From the NCBI GenBank assembly GCA_964016885.1, contig OZ024747.1, positions 43,276,001 to 43,340,000 on the forward strand: a stretch of DNA of 64,000 bases. The letters run 5' to 3'. Source of the stretch: Eledone cirrhosa (taxonomy: Eukaryota). Below the pieces are notes generated by a model. The model saw only the letters and a list, made by a program, of their open reading frames with translations. It did no database searches and was not told the DNA's origin. Position numbers and translations under genes: made by a program. Position 1 is the first letter of the stretch. Every line of letters begins with the position of its first letter. Below are positions 10,958 to 24,125 of the stretch, in pieces.

Positions 10958-11072
10958 CAGGGGCGAAGCGTCCGTGCATGCGTTATAGAATCTTGAGTTG
11001 ATCAATTGCGTCGGTTGAAGCAAGCAGAATTGTGGCTGCTTGTATAGACACAAAAAAAGATAAAACACACAC

Positions 11073-11116
<44 letters not shown>

Positions 11117-11318
11117 TTTGACTGCTTACTAATTCGTAGACACATAAAAATATAACACACACACACACTAGATAACACTACATGCGGCTTTGACCGGGAT
11201 TGTCATTTAGAGGGAATTGGAGTTGGGGGGAGAGGGGCGGGGTAAGGCTGCACAGCCCCACTTTCCGCCATGGCGATTGGACTGCATGCCCTGCTTTCCA
11301 GGTTACCCTTCGCCACTG
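10958..11318. mobile_element. hAT-like MITE
   Basis: TIRs CAGGGGCGAAG / CTTCGCCACTG (1 mismatch in 11), inserted in (TA)n, so the TSD length is ambiguous. Confidence 0.65.
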
Positions 11319-11350
11319 ATATATATATATATATATATATACATATATAT

Positions 11351-12110
11351 ATAGTAATAATAATAAATTTGAAGACTAAAATCCAAAGAGGGCTCGGTAA
11401 GGATAAATATATATCAAATATATAAGAACCGTAGAGCAAAGATTTATTAAAATAACATTAAAGTTTAAGCAAAGAATCGCTACTTTCACCCTTAACGGCA
11501 TCTTCTGAAACTAAAAAAGTCAATCTGTGAACGCAGAAGTATTTCAAAAAGCGTTGCAACCGAAGGAAGACAAGAAGACAATACTTTGGTTCGTGGAAAC
11601 GTTCCCTGGCAAAGAACAGAAAAAAACGAAGATAATACGTTATTAATTGGAGAGATGAAAACAATTACACGCAAAGACAAAACAACGTTTATAGTATAAA
11701 TGAAGTCATAGACTAATATTATGTTAGGTGGTTCGTGGAGACGTTCTGTGGCAATGAACGGAAAAAACGAAGATAATGTGGAGCGGTGAGAACAATTACA
11801 CGCAATGAGAAAACCACGTAAATGGTATAACTGAAGTCGTAGACGAAAATTCTATTTAGGAAACCGAATGATTCTCGACTTCAGAGTTAAGAAATGTAAA
11901 TAAAATACAGAGGTAATTGAAATAAATATATACATACATGTATCCATATACGTACATACACAAGCATACGTGAAAACACTCGCCATGGGTATGCAAATAC
12001 AAGCACATACACAAAAAAACACGCACACACATACAGAACACACGCAACCCCTGTACCCACACACATACGAGCGTATACACCAAATACACATAAAAATATA
12101 TATATATGTG
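11351..12110 (-). mobile_element. Inverted terminal region (pLTR/3' UTR) of PLE family C
   Basis: Segments 11443-11613 and about 12030-12105 are reverse complements of 13710-13885 and 13630-13708. Confidence 0.8.
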
Positions 12111-12649
12111 TGTGTGGGTGTATACATATAATTAAATAAACGTATATAAATATACACACATAAATACGTATATAACGCGCGCACACACATACCTACATGT
12201 AAATACACATATGTTCGCAGACGTACGTCAACCAAAACACAAAGTACACATATACACACACCCTACATACGTACGAACCCGCATACTCACACAGTCGCAA
12301 AACTCGAGTATACACATAACCAAATGCACATGTACCAGTTTATATAATATATACGCCATAACATCTACAAGCAAATGTACGTATGAGAAAGTATACGTAC
12401 CTTCACAAAACATACAGGTAATATATACTTACCTATACAAATAAATAATGGTATAAACATAACATATACTTAGCTACCACATCAAGACGTAAAATATCCA
12501 CGTATAGTTCGTACTATCCGTTAGGGTATAATGTGGGGCTGTAATACAGGAAAGTTTTGTGCAATTTATGTTTACAAGCCAAAATTGCCTCAGATTTTTT
12601 GTTTAAGATGTGGTCTTTGGCGTAGAGTATTTCCAGGGCCTCAGTGGCG

Positions 12650-13600
12650 CAGAGGTCACCCTCAATTTGTCAAATGGCTTGCACTACCCATATAGAAAGC
12701 CGAATGATACGCTTAATTACATAAGTAAGCATTCTAACCATCCTGCCAGCATAACCAAGAACCTGGTAAGAAACGTTTCTTTGAGGCTTTCCCGTCTATC
12801 TACAAACGAGTATATTTTCAACGACCATTCCACATATTACAATGAAGCTCTTGCTCGGAGTGGATTTGTCGATAAGGTAGCATATACTGAGTACGAGAAT
12901 AAACCTAGGAAAAATAGATCCCGATGAATTATATGGTATAACCCACCATATAATATGGAGGTGGCCACACCATTAGCTAAGATCTTTCTCTCCCTTATTA
13001 TGAATCATTTCCCCCCACCACATAAATATAGTAAAATTTTTAATAGAAATACCATTAAAATTTCTTACTCTTCGACTCCTAACCTTGCACATAACATCAC
13101 AGCTTCAAATTTAGCTAAACTACCTAGCCGTAGGAACACGTGCAACCCTGTAGTTAGTACTAACTGTAATTGAGGAATCGGGTTGACTGCCCCCTATCAG
13201 GGAAATGCCTCTCTAGTAACATTGTCTACAAATGTAAGGTTGAAACACCCACGTCCCGTAGGGCCTACATAGGGTTAACCGCCAATAGATTCAAGCAGCG
13301 TCTTTACATGCATACTCATTCTTTTCTTAACCCTTTAAGAAGGAATATGACGTCACTTTCAGCTTATATCTGGAGTCTAAAAGACACAACCACACCCAAT
13401 ATAAGTTACACTGGGAGATCCTAGCTAAGGCTAGATCGTATAACGGAAATAAAAGACCATGTGACCTCTGCGCCGCTGAGGTCCTGGAAATACTCTACGC
13501 CAAAGACCACATCTTAAACAAAAAATCTGAGACAATTTCGGCTTGTAAACATAAATTGCACAGAACTTTCCTGTATTACAGACCCACATTATACCCTAAT
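12650..13600 (+). pseudogene. Penelope-like element ORF remnant: RT thumb/C-terminus plus C-terminal GIY-YIG endonuclease
   Basis: PYRKPND..YI..HSNHP, IIWYNPPY, KIFNRNTIKISYS, CN(C)R..CPLSGKCL..IVYKC, AYIGLT..FKQRL..H, CDLC..E, LNKKSE..CKH. One in-frame TGA (12925) and two frameshifts (about 13172 and 13410). Confidence 0.9.
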
Positions 13601-13885
13601 GGTCACAAACACATATATATATATTTTTTTAATATATATTTTTATGTGTATTTGGTGTATACGCTCGTATGTGTGCGGGTACAGGCGTTGCGTGGGTTCT
13701 ATATGTGCTTTGCCAGGGAACGTTTCCACGAACCAAAGTATCGTCTTCTTGTCTTCCTTCGGTTGCAACGTTTTTTTAAATATTTACTTCTGCGTTCACA
13801 GATTGACTTTTTTAGTTTCAGAAGATCCCGTTAAGGGTGAAGGCAGCGATTCTTTGCTTAAACTTTAATCTGTTATTTTAATAAA
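13601..13885 (+). mobile_element. PLE family C 3' UTR/pLTR with hammerhead-like fold at 13814-13864
   Basis: AGTTT CAGAAGA TCCC-GTTAA-GGGT GAAG GCA..TGC TT AAACT, followed by AATAAA and microsatellite. Confidence 0.75.
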
Positions 13886-13887
13886 AT

Positions 13888-13920
<33 letters not shown>

Positions 13921-14611
13921 AAATATATGGAGAATAGGATTGGCTGTGTAGTTGCTAGTTAAGTTAGGCTTAAAATTGGAATGAGAATAAGAAGAAAGCA
14001 AGAATGTGTGTACACACACACACACACACACACACACAGATATATATATTATAGTAGTAATCGGTTTCCATTTGTTGAATTTGAAATCAAAACTATGTCA
14101 ACGTGCAGTGGATTTTGACTCAACAAATGAATTGCTTATCATAGAGTTTCTGAAGTGAACAACTGTAGGTACAATGAAGTTAATTCCTGGAGTATTTATA
14201 TAGATATTAATAAATCACATGAATACACCAATTTTGCAGTTGAAGGATTAAGATTTATTACATAAATGACAAGTGTTTCATTGATATGTAGGTGAGCATA
14301 TCTAGAATCGCCGCTAATCTCATGTTTTTTTTCAGAGAACTTGAATTCAAATATTTTGTGTCAGCCCCATGACGTATCAGCTTATCAAAGTTTAACAAAG
14401 TTTTCGTTCATACCGGGTAGTGTTTGTATATATTGAGAGAAGGCATGTCACTAAAGAGAAATCTAAGTTGTATAAATTTAAACCCATATCAAAATATATT
14501 GAGAGACAAGAGATGTGAATATATAGTAAAGTAGCCTGGCAATGTCAGTTGTCACAATTCTATCTCTAGCATTGGTAGTATCAACAATATTAATATTATT
14601 ATTTTTCCATC

Positions 14612-14800
14612 GGCGGTGGAATGGCAGTATCGGTAGAGGGTCGGACGCCATGCTTTGACGCAAAGAGTTACGACCCTTTCCATTCTAAGTTCAAATCCCG
14701 CCGAGGTTAACTTTGCCTTTCATCCTTACGTAGTGATAAAATAAAGTACCAGTAATACACTGGATAATTGCTGGCCTTGTGCCAAATGTAGAAACAATTA
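14612..14800 (+). mobile_element. SINE family A, full length with about 17-bp TSD
   Basis: ATTATTATTTTTCCATC on both sides; A and B boxes present. Confidence 0.92.
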
Positions 14801-14959
14801 TTATTTTTCCATCATCATCACTGTTTAACATTCATTTTTCTATGCTGGCATGGGTTAGATGAATTATTCTGTTGTGAGTAATGCCAGATCAGGTAACCAT
14901 GTCTTGCTCATACAGAACCGATTCTCACTTGGTTTCTACAGCCAGATGCCCTTGGCATC

Positions 14960-16200
14960 TGTCATTCTTGAAAGACCATGGATCTGTACCTAGAGAATTT
15001 TGTGTCAGCTGCTGATGGTGGTGCAGCATCTTCTCTGGCTCTACGTGCCCACACGGAAGTGGCAGTCTTGTATACAATGACTATATTTGAAGATGCTCTC
15101 CTCTGGTGTTACAGCGTTGTCCTTTCTTTGAGCACAGTTTTCTTCAGTGGCAAGTTTCAGTTTCTCTTCCCCTTGCTCCATGCCTTTGCACAGTACTCAT
15201 CTCCATCATGGGTGATCATTAGTGGCCTCACAAAGACAATGAGAGACCGCTTGGAAACTGGAATGTCTTCAAGTGCTCACAGCCCTCAGCTAGTCATGCA
15301 CAGTGATTGGTGGAAACTCCACCTTGGCATTCCATAGAGGATTAGTGGTAGGGAAAAGAAACAATATTCCTGGGGAGACCCTGGGTGTTGAAGACAAGCA
15401 ACTAGCTGCTCTCTTCCGGTGTACTTTTGGTCCAGAGTTGATGGATAACTTCTAGAAATCCCTGGCCTGGCAATGTTACTGAGGAGATTTGCCAGTTCAA
15501 GATAAACGTTAAAGGCATGGAAGTGCCATCAGCTGAATATGTCCAAGATGCACACAGGGGGATGAGACTGTCCTGCATGCAGTTATTCAGTGTCCAAGCA
15601 ATGCTGACCTGTGTGTTTATGCTGAACATGTTATCACATGTAGAATGGATCTGGCTATCAATTGAATCCATTATAAAGATTGCCCTGCTACCTTCCTTTA
15701 ACTGAGAAAGGCAGGCAATTTTTATCTGCCTGGTGGAGATGGCAAAAGGGGTTGTACAGTAGACATGACTGAAGGGGCTGAAAACAAACACATTCTTCTT
15801 TGGCGAATCCTTCATCAATTTCTTCAAGTGAAACTTGAAGAGGAAAATGAGGGGTGAGTGGGAAGTATTGCCTTCCATTCATTTTGTTAAAAGGTAGATG
15901 AAAGTGGCAAGCATGGTCCACGTGAACAGGCCTGCCCTGAGTATCCGCCTGGAAGTCAGAGCTGAAGAACTGCAAGAAGGCCCTAGTGATCTGAGCAAAT
16001 GTGGTTTTATGGCCCCTCACTATTGAGGAATACTTATTGTTAAAATTTTATTGTTACCTCCTTTATTCTATTAAACCTCATAAAACACACAAAACTTTCA
16101 TAAACCAACACACACAATTAATGTCTTGTCCTGTGCTTTTTTAAATGTTTCTCTTGATGTACACCCTTTGTGCTTAATAAAGAAATAATTATTATTATTA
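14960..16200 (+). mobile_element. Degraded 3' part of L1/Tx1-type LINE
   Basis: KSLAWQCY..LPV..ICPRC..DETVLHAVIQCP (zf-RVT-like). Homologous to 18895-19530, with AATAAA and (ATT)n tail. The 5' boundary is approximate. Confidence 0.75.
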
Positions 16201-16202
16201 TT

Positions 16203-16543
16203 AGGATGGTGGATTGGCAGAACCATTACAGCATTCTGTTGCATTCCAGTTCTTTACATTCTGAGTTCAAATTTGGCTGTGGTCAATCTTGCCTTTCATC
16301 CTTCCAGGGTCAATAAAATGAAGTACCAGCTAAATACTGGATTGATTTAATCGACTTCCCACTTCTTTTCAAATTGCTGGCCTTGAGCCAAAAGTAGAAA
16401 CAATTATTATTATCAATATCCCCATCACCATTATTATTGATAAGAGCTTCGATAAAATAAAGTACCAGTAACACACTGGGATTTATTTAATCGACTTTCC
16501 CCTACCACAAAAATTGCTGGACTTCTGCCTAAATCAGAAACCA

Positions 16544-16545
<2 letters not shown>
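16203..16545 (+). mobile_element. Older SINE family A relative plus a 3' fragment (about 16450-16545)
   Basis: B box GAGTTCAAATT, GCCTTTCATCC, 3' end motif; both copies end in (ATT)n. Confidence 0.8.
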
Positions 16546-16578
<33 letters not shown>

Positions 16579-19530
16579 GGTCTGTTTGGACGTCTTTTTT
16601 GCTCGCTCCCAGTAAAGCACTTTATTTACCTGTTATAATTATTTGTTGTTAAATTTTCTTGTTGTGTAAGGGATATAAGCCCTTGGACTTTATTCTGCGA
16701 AGGGGTAAGTATAATATTTGGGCCTTTTGGCCCAAATATTTGAACAATATTTAAACATTTTACTTTTGAAAATAAAAAAAATAAAAAACATAGCTGAGCC
16801 ACGCCCTCCAGCAATATAGACAATGGCGTAAAAGTTGAGAGGAGGGTTAGTGAAATTCATACAACAAACACCACCACAAACAACGTGAACAAAGACAACA
16901 ACACTGAGAACACTAAGTTAAAAAAAATTACAACACCAACTACAACAATAACAGTGACAACCAAAATACAGACAACAGAAAAAAATGACAACAAATGCAA
17001 CAACGATATTAACATCACTAACAAGAAAATAAACAACGACAACAGCAACAGCAACAATACAAATTGCACTGAAAACAACAACAACGGTGACACCAAAAAC
17101 ACAACCAACTACAACAGTGATAACAGCAACAACACCAACAACACCATTTGTAGCAGTAGCAACAGCACCAACAACAAGACCAGTAGCAGCAGTAGCGGCA
17201 GGAATAATGGTGCCACTGAAAAAGGGGCCACTTCTTTCGCAGGTGTGGCCCGAAATATAGAGACAGTGCTAGTCACGGAGGAGGAGATGGCAGTCGCAAG
17301 AGCCATGGTGTCAAGATATGACAATAGAGTTTCCCTGAAACTTCCACCCGATTTCTTCAAGGACCAGCAGCTACGCACGGTGACTTACCGCACCGTAAGC
17401 AAGATGTCATATCGGGTGGAGAGAGCCATGGAGGCTCAAATCCAAAAAGCCTTGGGGTGCGTCTGGGTGTGCAAAACCTACATCACCCGAGGCAAAAAGT
17501 ACGCCACAGTAGACATACTTTTCGCCACCCCCCTAGAGGTGAAGTCTCACTCTTTGGAAACCCTAAAGAGCGAGGAGATAGTCTTGGTGCACTCCTACTG
17601 CGGGCAGAAAATTGTGAGAGTCAAAGTGACCCAGGCCCCACCCGACATGCCCATACCTTGGCTGGCCATGTCTGAACTGGCTGGAATTGAGGAGAAGACC
17701 ACCATACTGCAAATACAGAGAATGGGAAGAGAGAACTGGTGAGGAATAGGCATGCAAATGCTAATACAGACTGACCAGGAGTGCATAGAGGCCATCCCAG
17801 ATATCATAGACTTCGAAGAAGGACTCCAACTCCCTATAAGTGTGGAGGGAAGGCGCCCAAAGTGCTATCTCTGTGGGCAGAAGGGTTACCTCAGGGCCTT
17901 CTGACCGCAGAAGACAGCCAAGAAGAGCCCCCCCCCTCCTTCTGACGCCGGATCCGCTGCTACCAAGAGCAGGGCAGGCAACAGAGGCAGAAGACCCTTC
18001 CATGGTGAATAGGAGGGCAACGTCCATGGCACCCATACCAAGGCCATGGACAACTAAAACAGTAGCAGCAGTGGTGGCAACACCAACAGTCGCAGTAGCT
18101 ACACCAGCGGCAAAATCGCCAGAGCGGGCTCTACTACTACCAACAGCATTGGAGCTTATACCCCTCCCAGATGCCACGGAATCCGATATGGAGTATGAGG
18201 TGGGAGGGAAGTGGCAAACAGTCTGCCACAAAAAACAAAAAAGGAAAAACCCCTTAGCTTCACCCTCCAAAAGCCAAGGCAAACAAAGAGGAGTAAAGGC
18301 TGCAAGGAGACTTGCAGCAACACCGCCACCATCACCATCACCACCACAAGCATCACCACCAACAACAACCACACCACCACCAGCATCACCAAAAACACCA
18401 ACATCGCAAACACAACAAAACACACACACCCAACAGCAACAACAAGAAAACAGCAACAAAATTACCCCTCCTCCCAAAAAGTACACAGCCATAAACATGG
18501 CAAATAAAGAACTTTTACAACATATAAAGCAGCACACAGACATCACAGAAAATCTACTACACCCCACCAACACCAAGAACTATCCCGACAAACATAAATA
18601 TAATTGAAATCAAAATATAACATTACTAACTTTTAAAACAAAAATTCCCCAACGCAGTTGGAGACTTCAGAGGGTCCGTTACCAAGAGGATATACACCGA
18701 CATCCTCTTGGAAACACCAATGACCAGCCAAAGAGACGGTTCTATTGTCCCTTCACCACACGATCAAGGTAAGTGATCATTTCTCACTTACTTCGTTTCT
18801 CATCCAACATGGCTATACTTAGAATAGGCAGTATAAATGTATGTGGGCTGGGGTCATCTTGGAAGCAGGGTCACCTGCTTAACGACCTTAGGTCACTCGT
18901 TCAATGCCCGAGGATAGCTGACTTGTGGAGCTATGTCGAACAGCTGCTGTCGCGTGTAGGACTGATCTGAGTCCATTGTGCAGATAGCCCCGCCACCCTC
19001 CTTTAAAGAGGAGGAAGGTCAGGCAGTTTTCATCTGCCTGGTGGCAATGACGAAAGAGATTGTGTGATGGACAAGGTTGAAAGGGTTGAAGGCGGACACT
19101 TTCCTCTTTGGCCAATCCCTGGTTAACTTTTTCAAGTTTCACTTGAAGAGGAAAATCAGGGTGGAGAGGCAAGTGCTGTCTTCTAGTAAGTTTGTTGAAA
19201 GGTGGGTGAAAGTGGCGAGTCTGGTCCGAGTGAACGGGCCTGCTCTGAGTATGCGCCTGTAGACTGAGGAGTGGGAAAACTGAGAGAAGGCGCTTTCCCT
19301 GGTGGTCAGGGTGACCATGGTCTTTTTGTGTGGTTTTCACCACGAGTGACCCTCGGAGGTTTCCCCCTTCTTGGGGAATTTTTGTTGTTTGAATTTTTTT
19401 TTGATTTCTATCCTAATTTTGTTATAACCTGTTTACACAACCAAAACCCACTTTGTATCGTCCTGTACTGTTCTGTGCCGTCTCTAATGTTTTTCTTCTT
19501 GTTAGCCCTTGTGGCCAATAAAGAAACCAT
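16579..19530 (+). mobile_element. L1/Tx1-type LINE, both ends apparently present, ORF2 almost wholly deleted, inserted in (ATT)n
   Basis: ORF1 remnant about 16885-18607 with VEGRRPKCYLCGQKGYLRAF* (decayed CCHC knuckle). ORF2 start MAILRIGSINVCGL (APE motif, 18809) is fused at about 18896 to the C-terminal LVQCPRIADLW...ERWVKV. AATAAA plus (ATT)n tail. Confidence 0.85.
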
Positions 19531-19734
19531 TATTATTATTATTATTACTATTACTAATATTAGTATTATTATTAGCATACTTACAAGAAATTGGCTCAGT
19601 TAAAAGCTTTAGTTGACATCTACTTTTGCATCAGCTTCTGTACTAAATGTATTATTGATCCTGTCTTGTTCCTCTTCTGCAAATATCTTCATACATACAC
19701 TTGACAGTTTTTATGAGTCACTTGTCTCCATCAG

Positions 19735-19780
19735 ACACACACACATATATATATGTATGTGTGTGTATATATGTAAATCA

Positions 19781-19817
<37 letters not shown>

Positions 19818-19851
19818 TATATGTGTATATATATATGTGTATCTATATATA

Positions 19852-19896
<45 letters not shown>

Positions 19897-20070
19897 GCAT
19901 ATATATATGTGTATATATACATGTATATATGTATGTATATATGTATGTATGTATATATATATGTGTATATATACATGTATATATGTATGTATATATGTAT
20001 ATATATATGTATATATGTACACACACATATATATATAAATATGTATGTCTGTATGTATTTTATATGTATG
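19735..20070. repeat. Compound (TA)/(TG)/(TATG)n microsatellite
   Basis: Direct reading. Confidence 0.95.
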
Positions 20071-21514
20071 TCTTGTTCACTTTGCTGGACGGTGGACACT
20101 GAACATTGAACAACACTGTATCTAATGCATTTTCCAGATTGATAAAAGCAAAATACTGTAATTTATTTGAAATCAAGTATTTTTGCCTTAAGTTTCATTT
20201 CTATTAGTATGGCATCTTAGTCCCAAGTGTCACCTTAAAAATAATTGTTCTTCCCTTTAAAACATTTTCCCCTCTGAGTTGATGTATTAGTTTTAGTCAT
20301 TTGAAGAATTCACTATAAGACACTCATTCAAATGAGTGCAAAGCATTGTTCCAGCTATTTTACTCCAGCTTTCAGTTATCCATTCATTCATGGAAGAAAA
20401 TGGATGGAAAACACAGAGAAAAATAAGTGAGGAAAAGATATAAAAGACAAAAGGGCAAGGTGTGAGTATAGGTGTGTAGTTAGGAAGTTTGCTTCAATGT
20501 TATTTCTTCCTGGGATCAATTCCACAATGCAGCATTTTAAGATAATATCTTTGACTGTAACAAAAAAGAAATATTTTAATACAAAATAAGAATAGTGCAG
20601 CAGTTTGTGAGAAATAGATTTTATATAAGATATTTGAAAACACTCATGAATATATCAGAGAATGTAAGTTGGACTAGCCAGGTGTTGGTATAGTTTACAA
20701 TTGGACTAGTCAAGTGTTGGATCAGATGAGTTTGGTATAGTTGATAGTCAGAGTATCCAAGTGTTGGTACAGAAAAATGAAGAGCAAATTGAATATGTGA
20801 TATAGATTTTGTTTTGAAAATAAAGACAGTATAGTTATAACTGAAATGTCTTGGTTAAGACTGACCTCCATTTGCTGGCAGTGGTGAGGTGAGGTCCTAC
20901 TAAGAGTATAGTTTCAAGATTCATGGACTAACCATCTCAGAATATATTAAATTGATCAATGATACCCCAATAATCCAATGTTTTATGGAACACACCATCA
21001 TTTTATACATGATAGCTTCACTTACTAGAAATAGAGGCCAATGCTCCCTAAAAAAGGGAGAGACCTAAGAGTATAGTTTCAAGATTGATGGACGGACCTT
21101 CTCAGAATATATTAAACTGATCAATGATATTCCTAGGGTCAATATGGGATGGTCACAGTTAGAATATATTTAATTATAACCCATGTAAACATGGTAAAAT
21201 GGACGTTAAATGATGGTAATGATGCTCAATCAGTATTCATCTTGAACTAAGCAACAACAACAATAACATCTCATAGTAAATGGCGACTTCTAAAACATTA
21301 GATATGGAATGCATATTTGAAATATTTGTGTTTATAACTAAAGCTGTTCGACATTTAGATGCTCAGCCTTACTAAATTAATTATTAAGGGTCTTCCTCTG
21401 ATTGGCTATTAACTTCATTTTCAGTAGAACTAAAAATTTGGGAGACAAATTTCTTTCTCGATAAGATGCTCGTTTATCAAATAAAAATAATATAAGTAAT
21501 TATGATTTCAGGAA

Positions 21515-21838
21515 TAGTTGTGACACCTTCTTTGGTGGTAAACTAATGTATTCAGCTACCAGCCAGACTCTGCTGCCAACCAGACCAAAGAAGACAAACT
21601 GTCCAAGTATCAGTCACTCCCTGATAGGTTTGTGGTAGAGCCTGTAGATTTGGAGACACCCGGTGTTCTTGGTCCACGGTCCACATCCCTACTCACTGCT
21701 ATTGGAACAGAGTTGGTTGCCTGCAGGTGTGAGCCACATGAGGTGGAGTGGCTGTTGCAGCATGTCTCCCTTGTTATCCTCTGGGGCAATGTATTCTCCA
21801 TCCTGTCAACCAGTAACCAGAGGTGGAGGGTAAATTAG
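21515..21838 (+). pseudogene. Restriction-like endonuclease C-terminus of a CRE-type non-LTR retrotransposon (degraded)
   Basis: CDT..AA..KEDKLSKYQSL..FVVEPVDLETPGVLGP..IG..WLLQHVSLVILWGN fits the K-x2-KY..P-x3-ET-x-G..Q-x2-S-x5-GN pattern. Frameshift near 21570. Confidence 0.7.
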
Positions 21839-22087
21839 TTGCAGGTGGAGGATACTTCTTCAGATGTCACACATTTCCTCTTCTTTCCAGAAGTTATTTC
21901 TGGAAAGGAATTTCTTACATAGAAAAGTACACACTTTGTGTGGTTAATTATTACTTTAAAAACTTTAAAAAGAAAGTTTGAAAATAACAATATCATGTTT
22001 TAGTCAGTAGGTGTGCTCAGTTTAGTGCATATTTTCTACCCCGTTTAATTCTAACATAAATGTTTTGTGCCACATGAAGTCACAATT

Positions 22088-22372
22088 GCAAGACATTCTT
22101 GAAAAGTATAAAACAGCACTATGACTGTATTACATAAAAATTCAAGTCTTTATTCTATTATTAAAAATGTTCACAACAATCTGTAAAGTAAAGAAACTAT
22201 AAACATTTGAATTATCAAATCACATGAAACCACATTAGCAAGACATTCTTGAAAAATACAAAACACTATGACTACATCATATTCAATATTAAAGCTTTAC
22301 TCTAATACTGCAAATTTTCACTTTAATTTGTCCACTAGTAAAGATATTATAAGCATTTGAATTAACAAACCT
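22088..22372. repeat. Old tandem duplication, about 150-bp period
   Basis: GCAAGACATTCTTGAAAA..CACTATGACT..CATTTGAATTA occurs twice. Confidence 0.75.
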
Positions 22373-22479
22373 GTTTAGATATCTTTTGCTAAACCATTAA
22401 AAGATGTTAAGAGTTAATTATTTTGAGGACAAACATTTTCTGTAACATCCACTTCTGTCATGATACTGGATCTTTCTTA

Positions 22480-22850
22480 TCCCACAATAAACTATTTGCT
22501 CTCACTTCCTTTAGAAAGTCCTAGAGAATAGCTTGTTAAATGGAATGGATACAGCAATTGCAGGCATGTTCCCTACTAATGACATTAATTAGGATAGTTG
22601 TCATTCACTTTTGTTAGCATTTGTGTCACTCATTTCACCCAATATTCTAACACAAACCACACTCTCATTTCCTGTGCTATTTCCTTCTCAGTTGATCTCA
22701 GATTTACTATCTTTACTAATGATCATTTCCACAAATGCCGTATGTTGAATACTGAATGCTTTGCTTCTTGTAAAACAACATGTACAAATATTCAAAACTA
22801 CTATCTATAACTTTTGTTGATTTACACAGCACGATTCTGACATTTAACTG
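22480..22850 (+). mobile_element. Possible very degraded LINE RT fragment
   Basis: ITFVDL near 22805-22825 and an upstream NDH resemble RT motifs; no continuous frame. Confidence 0.3.
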
Positions 22851-23730
22851 ACCTAGTTGTATCGCTGTTATATACTCAATAATACTATGGATTAATAGCT
22901 AGGGGAATGATGAAGAGGCCTGTAAACTGGCAATGCACTCTTAGGGTGAATAACAGAATCAGTTGGTAGGAATAATGATCTTGCTATTTGTTTTACATTT
23001 CTAAAGGTTAATGAATTTGAAGGAAGTGCTCGAACTCGTGAACAGGAAAATAATTTCAGATATCATATTTGATGGGTGGGGAGAAATGTACTTCCTGTTT
23101 AAGGTAAATTTTCGTTGTTTAAGATAAAGCATTGTTTTTTAAGCTGATGTTTAGTTGCTTATGGTAAGGGGTTGTTGCTTCAGATGAAAGATTTCTTATG
23201 TTTAATGTTCATATTTCTTTCATGTTAAGCATTAATGTTTCAAGTAATCTAGTGGGTTTAATATAAAATATTGACATATAAGATAAGCTATTGTTGTTTA
23301 AGGTAGAGCATTGATGTTTAAGACACACTATTAGTGTCTCAAGATATCATTGCATAGGGGCTTGCTTATTTTTTCAATTTAATATAGCATACAGAACGAT
23401 TAAAGAAGAAATTCCCAAATTACTGCAACAATTGGAAAGGTATTATACTGTTGATTGAACAACTAAGAAAATAATTAGACAAAAATCTGTGTTAACCTTT
23501 TCACTACCAAACTGCCTGAAACAACCATAAACCAATAGAGAGACTAGGTCATGCCTGGAGAATAACTTTTGTGAAGGTTTTACAGCATATGGTAGTAGGT
23601 TGAAGGGATGTGAAAAAAAGTGGCAAATGACTAGCAGGGATAAAAATAATCTGGTGTCTTCCTTGTGATAATGGGGATGGACAGACTTAACTAACTTAAC
23701 TTACAATTGTTGTCTAGAATAAATGATTAT

Positions 23731-24125
23731 TTGTTTAATGTAACATAGTGGTGTTTATTATAGGGGGCTGTATTTAGTGTAAGGTGGTGGTGTTTAATAT
23801 AAGGTGGTGGTGTTTAGTGTAAGGTGGTAGTGTTTAGTGTAAGATATTAGTGTTTAATGTAAGGTGGTGGTATTTATTGTAGGGGGCTGTATTTAATGTA
23901 AGGTGGTGGTGTTTAGTGTAAGATGGTGGTGTTTAGTGTAAGGTGGTGGTGTTTAATGTATGGTTGTGGTGTTTATTGTAGAGGGTAGTGTTTAGTGTAA
24001 GATATTAGTGTTTAATGTAAGGTGGTGGTATTTATTGTAAATGGTGGTGTTTAATGTAAGGTGGTGGTGTTTAGTGTAAGATGGTGGTCTGTAATGCCAG
24101 ATATTGGTGTTTAATGTAAGGTGTT
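23731..24125. repeat. 20-bp G/T-rich minisatellite, about 19 copies
   Basis: Unit approximately GTGTTTARTGTAAGGTGGTG. A more decayed version of similar period lies at about 23095-23340. Confidence 0.85.

Noticed and set aside
12925-13173. In-frame TGA codons in the PLE ORF as possible selenocysteine (as in Naiad PLEs)
   Set aside because: The TGA at 12925 is not at a Cys position, and the TGA at 13171 results from a 1-nt deletion in CNCR. The endonuclease is C-terminal, unlike Naiads.
19613-20109. YI/IY-rich and poly-H/G/V ORFs over microsatellites (also 202, 4673, 27542, 28506 and others)
   Set aside because: These are translations of simple repeats.
23731-24125. G-rich repeat as interstitial telomere
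   Set aside because: The unit is 20 bp and contains no TTAGGG arrays.
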